Below are positions 49,801-61,800 of a DNA stretch of 64,000 bases, piece by piece; position 1 is the first letter of the stretch; each line of letters begins with the position of its first letter. Under the pieces are notes generated by a model. That model was not told the origin of the DNA. It saw only the letters and a program-made list of their open reading frames with translations, and did not search any database. The position numbers were made by a program, and so were the translations under genes. The DNA is taken from contig CATNEN010000030.1 of NCBI GenBank assembly GCA_950097015.1, positions 2,356,001-2,420,000 on the forward strand, given 5' to 3'. The stretch is from Macrostomum hystrix (taxonomy: Eukaryota > Animalia > Platyhelminthes).

Positions 49801-52800
49801 AGAGTGTAGAAGAAGGATGGGTAAGGGAGAGTGTAGAAGAAGGATGGGTAAGAGAGAGTGTAGAAGAAGAATGGGGAAGGGAGAGTGTAGAAGAAGGATG
49901 GGTAAGAGAGAGTGTAGAAGAAGGATGGGTAAGGGAGAGTGTAGAAGAAGGATGGGGAAGGGAGAGTGTAGAAGAAGAATGGGGAAGGGAGAGTGTAGAA
50001 GAAGGATGGGTAAGGGAGAGTGTAGAAGAAGGATGGGTAAGGGAGAGTGTAGAAGAAGGATGGGTAAGGGAGAGTGTAGAAGAAGGATGGGTAAGGGAGA
50101 GTGTAGAAGAAGGATCGGGAAGGGAGAGTGTAGAAGAAGAATGGGGAAGGGAGAGTGTAGAAGAAGGATGGGTAAGGGAGAGTGTAGAAGAAGGATGGGT
50201 AAGGGAGAGTGTAGAAGAAGGATGGGTAAGGGAGAGTGTAGAAGAAGGATGGGGAAGGGAGAGTGTAGAAGAAGGATGGGGAAGGGAGAGTGTAGAAGAA
50301 GAATGGGGAAGAGAGAGTGTAGAAGAAGGATCGGGAAGGGAGAGTGTAGAAGAAGGATGGGTAAGGGAGAGTGTAGAAGAAGGATGGGGAAGGGAGAGTG
50401 TAGAAGAAGAATGGGTAAGGGAGAGTGTAGAAGAAGGATGGGTAAGGGAGAGTGTAGAAGAAGGATGGGGAAGGGAGAGTGTAGAAGAAGAATGGGGAAG
50501 GGAGAGTGTAGAAGAAGGATGGGTAAGGGAGAGTGTAGAAGAAGGATGGGTAAGGGAGAGTGTAGAAGAAGGATGGGGAAGGGAGAGTGTAGAAGAAGGA
50601 TGGGGGAAGGAAGAGTGATGGGGAAGAGACAGTGTAAAAGAAGGATGGGGAAGGGAGAGTGTAGAAGAAGAATGGGGAAGGGAGAGTGTAGAAGAAGGAT
50701 GGGGGAAGGAAGAGTGATGGGGAAGAGAGAGTGTAAAAGAAGGAAGGGGAAGGGAGAGTGTAGAAGAAGGATGGGAAAGGGAGAGTGTAGAAGAAGGATG
50801 GGGGAAGGAAGAGTGTAGAAGAAGGATGGGGGAAGGGAGAGTGTAGAAGCAGGATGGGGAAGGGAGAATGTAGAAGAAGGATGGGGAAGGGAGAGTGTAG
50901 AAGAAGGATGCGGAAGGGAGAGTGTAGAAGAAGGATGGGAAAGGGAGAGTGTAGAAGAAGGATGGGAAAGGGAGAGTGTAAAAGAAGGAAGGGGAAGGGA
51001 GAGTGTAGAAGAAGGATGGGGAAGGGAGAGTGTAGAAGAAGGATGGGGAAGGGAGAGTGTAGAAGAAGGATGGGTAAGGGAGAGTGATGGGGAAGAGAGA
51101 GTGTAAAAGAAGGATGGGGAAGGGAGAGTGTAGAAGAAGGATGGGTAAGGGAGAGTGTAGAAGAAGGATGGGTAAGAGAGAGTGTAGAAGAAGAATGGGG
51201 AAGGGAGAGTGTAGAAGAAGGATGGGTAAGGGAGAGTGTAGAAGAAGGATGGGGAAGGGAGAGTGTAGAAGAAGGATGGGGAAGGGAGAGTGTAGAAGAA
51301 GGATTGGGAAGGGAGAGTGTAGAAGAAGGATGGGGAAGGGAGAGTGTAGAAGAAGGATGGGTAAGGGAGAGTGTAGAAGAAGGATGGGTAAGGGAGAGTG
51401 TAGAAGAAGGATGGGTAAGGGAGAGTGTAGAAGAAGGATGGGTAAGGGAGAGTGTAGAAGAAGGATGGGTAAGAGAGAGTGTAGAAGAAGAATGGGGAAG
51501 GGAGAGTGTAGAAGAAGGATGGGTAAGGGAGAGTGTAGAAGAAGGATGGGGAAGGGAGAGTGTAGAAGAAGGATGGGGAAGGGAGAGTGTAGAAGAAGGA
51601 TTGGGAAGGGAGAGTGTAGAAGAAGGATGGGGAAGGGAGAGTGTAGAAGAAGGATGGGTAAGGGAGAGTGTAGAAGAAGGATGGGTAAGGGAGAGTGTAG
51701 AAGAAGGATGGGTAAGGGAGAGTGTAGAAGAAGGATGGGTAAGGGAGAGTGTAGAAGAAGGATGGGGAAGGGAGAGTGTAGAAGAAGGATTGGGAAGGGA
51801 GAGTGTAGAAGAAGGATGGGGAAGGGAGAGTGTAGAAGAAGGATGGGTAAGGGAGAGTGTAGAAGAAGAATGGGGAAGGGAGAGTGTAGAAGAAGGATGG
51901 GTAAGGGAGAGTGTAGAAGAAGGATGGGTAAGGGAGAGTGTAGAAGAAGGATGGGTAAGGGAGAGTGTAGAAGAAGGATGGGTAAGGGAGAGTGTAGAAG
52001 AAGGATGGGGAAGGGAGAGTGTAGAAGAAGGATGGGTAAGGGAGAGTGTAGAAGAAGGATGGGTAAGGGAGAGTGTAGAAGAAGGATGGGTAAGGGAGAG
52101 TGTAGAAGAAGGATGGGTAAGGGAGAGTGTAGAAGAAGGATGGGTAAGGGAGAGTGTAGAAGAAGGATGGGTAAGGGAGAGTGTAGAAGAAGGATGGGGA
52201 AGGGAGAGTGTAGAAGAAGGATTGGGAAGGGAGAGTGTAGAAGAAGGATGGGGAAGGGAGAGTGTAGAAGAAGGATGGGTAAGGGAGAGTGTAGAAGAAG
52301 GATGGGGAAGGGAGAGTGTAGAAGAAGAATGGGGAAGGGAGAGTGTAGAAGAAGGATGGGTAAGGGAGAGTGTAGAAGAAGGATGGGTAAGGGAGAGTGT
52401 AGAAGAAGGATGGGTAAGAGAGAGTGTAGAAGAAGAATGGGGAAGGGAGAGTGTAGAAGAAGGATGGGTAAGGGAGAGTGTAGAAGAAGGATGGGGGAAG
52501 GAAGAGTGATGGGGAAGAGAGAGTGTAAAAGAAGGATGGGGAAGGGAGAGTGTAGAAGAAGGATGCGGAAGGGAGAGTGTAGAAGAAGGATGGGAAAGGG
52601 AGAGTGTAGAAGAAGGATGGGGGAAGGAAGATTGATGGGGAAGAGAGAGTGTAAAAGAAGGATGGGGAAGGGAGAGTGTAGAAGAAGGATGCGGAAGGGA
52701 GAGTGTAGAAGAAGGATGGGTAAGGGAGAGTGTAGAAGAAGGATGGGAAGGGGAGAGTGTAGAAGAAGGATGGGGGAAGGAAGAGTGTAGAAGAAGGATG

Positions 52801-55800
52801 GGGGAAGGAAGAGTGATGGGGAAGAGAGAGTGTAAAAGAAGGAAGGGGAAGGGAGAAGGTAGAAGAAGGATGGGAAAGGGAGAGTGTAGAAGAAGGATGG
52901 GGGAAGGAAGAGTGTAGAAGAAGGATGGGGGAAGGAAGAGTGATGGGGAAGAGAGAGTGTAAAAGAAGGATGGGGAAGGGAGAGTGTAGAAGAAGGATGC
53001 GGAAGGGAGAGTGTAGAAGAAGGATGGGAAAGGGAGAGTGTAGAAGAAGGATGGGAAAGGGAGAGTGTAGAAGAAGGATGGGGGAAGGAAGAGTGTAGAA
53101 GAAGGATGGGGGAAGGAAGAGTGATGGGGAAGAGAGAGTGTAAAAGAAGGAAGGGGAAGGGAGAAGGTAGAAGAAGGATGGGGAAGGGAGACTGTATAAT
53201 AAGGATGGGGAAGGGAGAGTGTAAAAGGAGGATGGGGAAGGGAGAGTGTAGAAGAAGGATGGGGGAAGGAAGAGTGTAGAAGAAGGAGGGGGAAGGAAGA
53301 GTGATGGGGAAGAGAGAGTGTAAAAGAAGGAAGGGGAAGGGAGAAGGTAGAAGAAGGATGGGTAAGGGAGAGTGTAGGATAAGGATAAAGGAAGGGAGAG
53401 TGTAGAGAAAGGATGAGACTTAAAGGGAATGTCGAGGGTAGGAAATAATTGAAAATGCAAATACTGAAGCAGCAAGGAGTCATTCCCAACACGAGGCCTT
53501 CTGACCCAGAAACCAAATGCGGAATGGAATTTTAATTTCAAGTTTAAGTTAACTTACCAAACGTGGCTGCTCTCACTGCCCCACTGTCAATTACTCGTAT
53601 TATTTCGCTACGCTCGAGAAAGTTTTCGAACCAATTCCAAAACAGCTGCAAGCAGTGCAACTTAAAGAAGAAGAATTAGAAGCCCTAGTTGTGTTTTCTG
53701 TTTTAGCTGTTTGCTTGACTAATCCTGGGTCCGGCCTGTTGAGAAGCAGTCGGCTACCATGCCCTGTGTCTGAGTGGCTAGTTGGTCTAGTTGCTAGCCC
53801 GCTGCACTCGCGCACTCTTGGCCTCGCTTTCTCTTCACTCCTCGGCCTCTTCATAGTTCTCTTCGACTAGAAATGGCCCCGCCGATGCTTTGCCCTCCCC
53901 TATCCACTCCTCCTCCCCTCTCATTGCGGTCCCCGCTTTGCAAACGTGCGGTTGCCGGATTGGAAGCGACCGCCTCCCGGCCCAAATCCGGCAGACCTCC
54001 CCGCGCTGATGAGGCACTGAGGCTGCGGACGGGGAAGAGACGGGCAGCTGAGTGCCCCGGGGGGGGGTCGCGGGCGAGCGCTTGGCGGCGGGGTTGCCTG
54101 GCTGGGGAATCAAGAAAAGCGACACGGCCATAGTGACGGGGAGGAGGCGGCGGGTAGAGAAGGAGGTGGAGAGGGGCGGACATCGGCCCGCTGCCCGTAG
54201 CTCGGAGGCTTCGGAAATGAACGGCCGGGAATTGGAAATAGCTGGTGGGTAGCTTATTTGGTCAGCGTGTGATGCTGCCCGCTCCACCACCCCAACCTCC
54301 CCTTTCCTTCTGCATCACTCCTCCCACTGCGCGACACTCTCAACTTTCTCCACTGGTCATCATTCAGTTTGCGGCGCATGCATGGGAGAGTTCCCAGTTC
54401 CGTCTGATCCCAAAGATCCCAGCCTAAGAAACGAGTTCTGAGCCTCGGCTGCTGTTCGTGGCTGCTGCTTGGTTGGTGCTTTAGTTTCTCACCGGGCAAG
54501 ATCATGCAGGACTAAGAGCCTTAACTAGCGGCACAACTGCTAAATCTATAGGGGAAGAAGTTTTATTTGATCTTAATATCCCATGTACCCTCCCTAGTCT
54601 CCGAATATCCTAGATCCCTAGAAGCCAGGCGAGTCAATTGGAGCTATCAATCAAACACTTGAAGCGACACAAGCACAATGCATTCTGTCAGGCACCAACT
54701 GATCCTGGCTGGCTGAGAAATCAATAATGCAGATGATTTCAGCCATTGCGCCATAAAACTTTGTGCGCAAGGACACGGGGAAGCAGTAGTGATGAGGGAG
54801 AGATGAGGGGGAGATGAGGGGAGATGTGGGAGACGGGGGTGATGAGGGGGAGATGAGGACAAAATGATGGAAAGTAACGATGTATGAGACGAGAGAAAGA
54901 GAGCTAGAGAGAGGCGGCAAATGAGATACAGATGGGGATGAGAAAGGAAAAGGATTTGGATGGGATTGGAGGCTTAAAATGGGGTCAGAGAGATGGGGAT
55001 ACAGCTCGGCATGCTGCCTTGACAGAGCACGGGATTATTTTGATTTCATGGAACACTGACAAAAATAAATTGTGCATCGCCGCTTTCTTTCTTTAAGAAA
55101 AAGTACTTGTCTTTTTACTGAAAGCAAAACAGAAATCGAACGGGGAGAAATAAGCAATGTTAATTAGTGTTAATTAGTGGAGAGCGAGCAAGGAAATTTG
55201 AAATTAGAAAGTGGGGATCGAAGAAGTGGGCAAAAATTAGGAAGGTCTAAAGTAGGAAGAATATTGGAGCGGTGCATTAGCATCTGCCCAGGCTAATTTG
55301 TATTTCAAGGTGAAATTAGCAGTCTGTCCGGACTGCAGAAATTGCTTTGCACGCCTTCTTTTATCCCTTCCTTTCGCTCCCGGTCGGGCGGCTTCTAGTA
55401 GCAGAATTGCAAAGAAGCAAAGGGCTGAAAAGGGCCCCAGTAACTGCTTCAGCTATCAGCTTTTACTGCTACCCTGGCAAACTCGGTCCAAACCGGAGCT
55501 TGACCAGTAGCTTGCTTGCTTTGTTACAGTTGTTCCCTGCTTGCAGCAGGGGAGCTGTGTCGCTGAAAACACGGACTTTTTGTTTAATCATGGGGTAAAA
55601 CTTCTTGTTACAACGAAATCCCCATTTTTGTTAGGAATCCCCTGCCTCGTGAAGTGAGGAATCCCCTTCCTCATGAAGTGAGGAATCCCCTGCCTCATGA
55701 AGTGAGGAATCCTCTTTCTCATGAAGTGAGGAATCCTCTTTCTCATGAAGTGAGGAATCCTCTTTCTCATGAAGTGAGGAATCCTCTTTCTCGGTTGAAT

Positions 55801-58800
55801 CCCAGGAGAAATGAAACCGAATTCGGTAAAACGGTGGCCAGAGTGTTTTTATGCTTTCTTAAACAGGAGCAAGCAAATTAAGGGCCTGTTCTTCTGCTCT
55901 TCTTTCCAAGCCGTCTTTGGGATGGAAAGGAAAGTTTGGAGGCCATTTTGACGAGCAATGAAGGGGAAGCGAGCGAAGGGGATTTCGCTAGCGGCAAATT
56001 GCCCATTTGGGATTTGGAAAATAAGAGGGCCAGATCCCACTTCAACTGAATCAATTTGCAAGATTGGCTCAGAGGAGGCCCCGAGGGCCTGGGGGTGAGT
56101 CCCACCGCCTTCTTGTTCGTCTCTCATTTTCTACATTTCCGAACTCTCATATGAACTCTGCATCATCTCTCTACGTATTTTCTTCTTTGTTCAAAACCTC
56201 TATCTTTAATCGATTCATCCTTATCCCCATACATCTTTATCCCCATTTATCTTTATCCCCAAACATCTTTATCCCCATACATCCTTATCCCAATCCATCT
56301 TTATCCCCAATCATCCTTATCTCAATCCATTCTCATCCTAATACATCCTCATCCCAATCCATTCTTATCCCAATCTATCCTTATCCCCATTTATCCTTAT
56401 CCCAACCCACATTCATCCCAATCCATCCCTATCACTATCCATCCTTATCCCAATCCATCCTTATCCCAATCCATCCTTATCCCAATCCATGCTCATCCCA
56501 GTCTATCCTTATCCCAGTCTATCCTTATCCCAGTCTATCCTTATCCCAGTCAATCCTTATCCCAGTCTATCCTTATCCCAGTCTATCCTTATCCCAATCC
56601 ATCCTCATCCCAATCCATACTCATCCCAATCCATACTCATCCCAATCCATACTCATCCCAATCCATACTCATCCCAATCCATACTCATCCCAATCCATAC
56701 TCATCCCAATCCATACTCATCCCAATCCATACTCATCCCAATCCATACTCATCCCAATCCATACTCATCCCAATCCATACTCATCCCAATCCATCCTTAT
56801 CCCAATCCATCCTTATCCCAATCCATGCTCATCCCAGTCAATCCTTATCCCAGTCTATCCTTATCCCAGTCTATCCTTATCCCAGTCTATCCTTATCCCA
56901 GTCTATCCTTATCCCAATCCATACTCATCCCAATCCATCCTCATCCCAATCCATCCTTATCACTACCCATTATCATCATATTTCTTCCAAATCTTGGCTA
57001 TGCGTTTAATTTCAGAAACATTCCCGTCTCTTAATCTTGTTCTTTATTAAAACTACGAGTATTTCTCTTTACCTATCATAATCTTTACTTAGCCAAACCT
57101 CTACTCATTCCAATCAAACCGGCTGTTCTTATAGACAGGTACTCAAGAGAGGTTGAGAGTGACAGAATGAGGGTGGCACCAGTCAATGTCAATCAATATT
57201 GATTGATGGCCCATCACCTCACCAGTTTTGGGGAACAATTGAATTTTTCCTAAAATTTGGCATTTCTACTCCCCTAGAAAATTTCCCACTTTATCAAATT
57301 TAAATTTGATAATCACGCTATAAATGAAGAGACATTATGATAAAATAGACTACTTAGCCCAGTAGTAACAATAGAGTATGAATATAGCAATTTACCTCTT
57401 TCTTATCGCCGAGTTTTGCAGAATTTCCTTTGGAATCTAGTTCTGTAGTCTGGTCTGTAATTTTTTCAGTAAAAATATGTTTCAAAAAGCATTTCATAAA
57501 TTCCTAACCTTCTCGATCAATCAATCAATCCATCAACTAATCAATAAAAAACTTTAACTAATAATCAAATTTCATGATTCACTCAGGCAGTCAGTCCCTT
57601 GGTCAATAATTGACCCATTAGCCAGTGGAGCAAAAATCACTCAACTAATACTCGTAAGGTCAACCGCTCAATCAATCAACAAATCAGGTCGATCAATCAA
57701 TCAATAAATTATTCAGGTCAATCACTTGATCAATCAACCAATCAGGTCAATCACTCAATCAATCAACCAATCAGGTCGATCAATCAATCAATCAACCAAT
57801 CAGGTCAATCAACCAATCAATCAACCAATCAGGTCAATCAACCAATCAATCAACCAATCAGGTCAATCAACCAATCAATCAACAAATCACGTCAATCACT
57901 CAATCAATCAACCAATCAGGTCAATCACTCAATCAATCAACCAATCAGGTTGATCAATCAATCAATCAACCAATCAGGTCAATTCACTCGATCAATCAAC
58001 CAACAAGGTCAATCACTCGATCAATCAATCAACCAATCAGGTCAATCACTCGATCAATCAACCAATCAGGTCAATTCACTCGATCAATCAACTAATCAGG
58101 TGAATCACTCGATCAATCAACCAATCAGGTCAATTCACTCAATCAATCAACCAATCAATTCGAACCAATTGCTTCTCTCACCAATGCTCTGTTGCTGTGG
58201 TTCCGGAACTGGCCCGAACCAGAACGAACCGGACAGAACCGGTATGTTGGCAAAGCTGCCATCGTCAAACTCGCTCTCCAACAGCTTGCGGATGGCCGCT
58301 ACCGTGTCCTCCGAGGCCGGGTGGCCCACGGAGGTAATGTTTGCCGTCACCAGCACGACGCTCATTTTCCTGTTAAGCGTTGAGATTAATTATAGAATTA
58401 TAAAGCTTTTGCTTAGAAGGCCCGATTTTCGATAATGAGGTCAGTTTGTTGATAAGAGTAGGCAGTTTATTGGTTAGAGTGTGCAGTTTGTTGATTAGAG
58501 TAGGCAGTTTATTGGTTAGGGTGGGCAGTTTATTGATGAGAATAGGCAGTTTATTGATAAGAGTAGGCAGTTTATTGGTTAGAGTGGACAGTTTATTGAT
58601 AAGAGTAGGCAGTTTATTGGTTAGAGTGGGCAGTTTGTTGATAAGAGTAGGCAGTTTATTGGTTAGAGTGGGCAGTTTTTCGATAAGAGTAGGCAGTTTA
58701 TTGGTTAGGGTGGGCAGTTTATTGATAAGAGTAGGCAGTTTATTGGTTAGAGTGGGCAGTTTTTCGATAAGAGTAGTCAGTTTATTGGTTAGAGTGGACA

Positions 58801-61800
58801 GTTTATTGATAAGAGTAGGCAGTTTATTGGTTAGAGTGGACAGTTTATTGATAAGAGTAGGCAGTTTATTGGTTAGGGTGGGCAGTTTATTGATAAGAGT
58901 AGGCAGTTTATTGGTTAGAGTGGACAGTTTTTCGATAAGAGTGGTCAGTTTATTGGTTAGGGTGGGCAGTTTATTGATAAGAGTAGGCAGTTTATTGGTT
59001 AGGGTGGGCAGTTTGTTGATAAGAGTCATAGACTAGCTGTTGTCGCCGATAAAAAAATTCAAGTTTCAGTTGGCACTTTCGCTCTTTGGCACTCTCGAGA
59101 TGGTTAACGACACTTGCGTCATACATTTAGGCCAGCCTATAGGACACAATTTCGAGAGGCTGAAAGTGTCGCATTGCAGGCCTATTTGTCGAAAACAAAT
59201 CTATCTTCGCTGAGAGTCCGTCTTGAACAAAAGCTTTGTGGATACACACTGAAGTGTAGCAACTTCGCAACGGAATAGGCTAGTCAGGAAATGGTCCACT
59301 ATGGTTATAGAACAACTTTTAGAACAAGTGTTTGCTGCCCATTTGCTGCACTGCAAACTGACGCACTCGATTTTTTTGCAAGCATCTGTAAGGCATTATG
59401 ATCTGAGTGTTTCATGTGAATAGCGTGGGAAAGTCCGAATAAAGAAGAAGAGAGACAGGAAGAGACTGGAATGGAAGATAAGAGGCTGGAACGGAAGCTA
59501 AGAGGCTGGAACAGAAGATAAGAGGCTGGAACGGAAGCTAAGAGGCTGGAACAGAAGATAAGAGGCTGGAACGAAAGATAAGAGGCTGGAACAGAAGATA
59601 AGAGGCTGGAACGGAAGATAAGAGGCTGGAATGGAAGATAAGAGACTGGAATGGAAGATAAGAGGCGGGAATGGAAGATAAGAGGCTGGAATGGAAGATA
59701 AGAGACTGGAATGGAAGATAAGAGGCGGGAATGGAAGATAAGAGGCTGGAATGGAAGATAAGAGACTGGAATGGAAGATAAGAGACTGGAATGGAAGATA
59801 AGAGGCGGGAATGGAAGATAAGAGACTGGAATGGAAGATAAGAGACTGGAATGGAAGATAAGAGACTGGAATGGAATATAAGAGACTGGAACGGAAGATA
59901 AGAGGCTGGAACAGAAGATAAGAGGCTGGAATGAAAGATAAGAGACTGGAATGGAAGATAAGAGGCGGGAAAGGAAGATAAGAGACTGGAATGGAAGATA
60001 AGAGGGGGAATGGAAGATAAGAGGCTGGAATGGAAGATAAGAGGCTGGAATGGAAGATAAGAGGCTGGAATGGAAGATAAGAGACTGGAATGGAAGATAA
60101 GAGGCGGGAATGGAAGATAAGAGACTGGAATGGAAGATAAGAGACTGGAATGGAAGATAAGAGACTGGAATGGAAGATAAGAGGCTGGAATGGAAGATAA
60201 GAGGCGGGAATGGAAGATAAGAGACTGGAATGGAAGATAAGAGGCTGGAATGGAAGATAAGAGACTGGAATGGAAGATAAGAGGCGGGAATGGAAGATAA
60301 GAGGCTGGAATGGAAGATAAGAGACTGGAATGGAAGATAAGAGACTGGAATGGAAGATAAGAGACTGGAATGGAAGATAAGAGACTGGAATGGAAGATAT
60401 GAGACTGGAATGGAAGATAAGAGGCGGGAATGGAAGATAAGAGACTGGAATGGAAGATAAGAGGCTGGAATGGAAGATAAGAGACTGGAATGGAAGATAA
60501 GAGGCGGGAATGGAAGATAAGAGGCTGGAATGGAAGATAAGAGACTGGAATGGAAGATAAGAGACTGGAATGGAAGATAAGAGACTGGAATGGAAGATAA
60601 GAGACTGGAATGGAAGATAAGAGACTGGAATGGAAGATAAGAGGCGGGAATGGAAGATAAGAGACTGGAATGGAAGATAAGAGACTGGAATGGAAGATAA
60701 GAGACTGGAATGGAAGATAAGAGACTGGAACGGAAGATAAGAGACTGGAACGGAAGATAAGAGGCTGGAATGGAAGATAAGAGACTGGAATGGAAGATAA
60801 GAGACTGGAATGGAAGATAAGAGACTGCAATGGAAGATATGAGGCTGGAATGGTGCAGCCTCGCTGTCCCAAGAAGTTTAGTGGGCCCGCCTTCTGGCTG
60901 ATCGTCACTGAATTGATTTGTCGATCCGTGCTTCTCAAGATTATGGGGGAGTGCTTTTCTGAGTGAGAGTGAGTCAGGAGTAGATGGTCCTTCCAGTTGG
61001 GAAATATATATTTTTTATCTCCATTCGTCGGAACTAAATCGAGTAGCGCCCCTCCGACTGGATCTAACAATTTCTTGAACGGACCAGCGGACAGAGAGCA
61101 TTGTAAGAGCATTATGGGTACTTTACGAAAATTGATGTTGAATTATGGCAGCCGTGTGCAAGAAGCGCAGGGACAGAGAGTAGGACCTTAGATTTAGAGT
61201 AAACAGGCATGACATATAGGACAGCAATGACCCCAGATGTGACAGCAAGGTGACAGCAATGACCCCAGATGTGACAGCAAGGTGACAGCAATGACCCCAG
61301 ATGTGACAGCAAGGTGACAGCAATGACCCCAGATGTGACAGCAAGGTGACAGCAATGACCCCAGATGTGACAGCAAGGTGACAGCAATGACCCCAGATGT
61401 GACAGCAAGGTGACAGCAATGACCCCAGATGTGACAGCAAGGTGACAGCAATGACCCCAGATGTGACAGCAAGGTGACAGCAATGACCCCAGATGTGACA
61501 GCAAGGTGACAGCAATGACCCCAGATGTGACAGCAAGGTGACAGCAATGACCCCAGATGTGACAGCAAGGTGACAGCAATGACCCCAGATGTGACAGCAA
61601 GGTGACAGCAATGACCCCAGATGTGACAGCAAGAACCTCAGATGTGACAGCAAGAACCTCAGATGTGACAGCAAGAACCTCAGCTGTAACAGCCAACATA
61701 TCAGATATGACAGCTAACACATCAGACATGACCGCTAACACATCAGATATGACAGCCAACACATCAGATATGACGGCTAACACGTCAGATGACAGCCTAT

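Noticed and set aside
48177-53541. 1779-aa and 1767-aa ORFs, plus MGKGECRRR-repeat ORFs on the + strand
   Set aside because: Artefacts of a 27-bp tandem array that lacks stops in several frames; no splice or codon evidence.
55849-56127. ORF with DSVEVGSG resembling a glycosaminoglycan site
   Set aside because: No compatible acceptor/donor pair in that frame; probably chance.
60850-61200. Unique sequence between arrays as the missing SEA exon
   Set aside because: Phase-2 readings hit stops or lack a donor. The exon at 58369-58182 completes the SEA domain much better.
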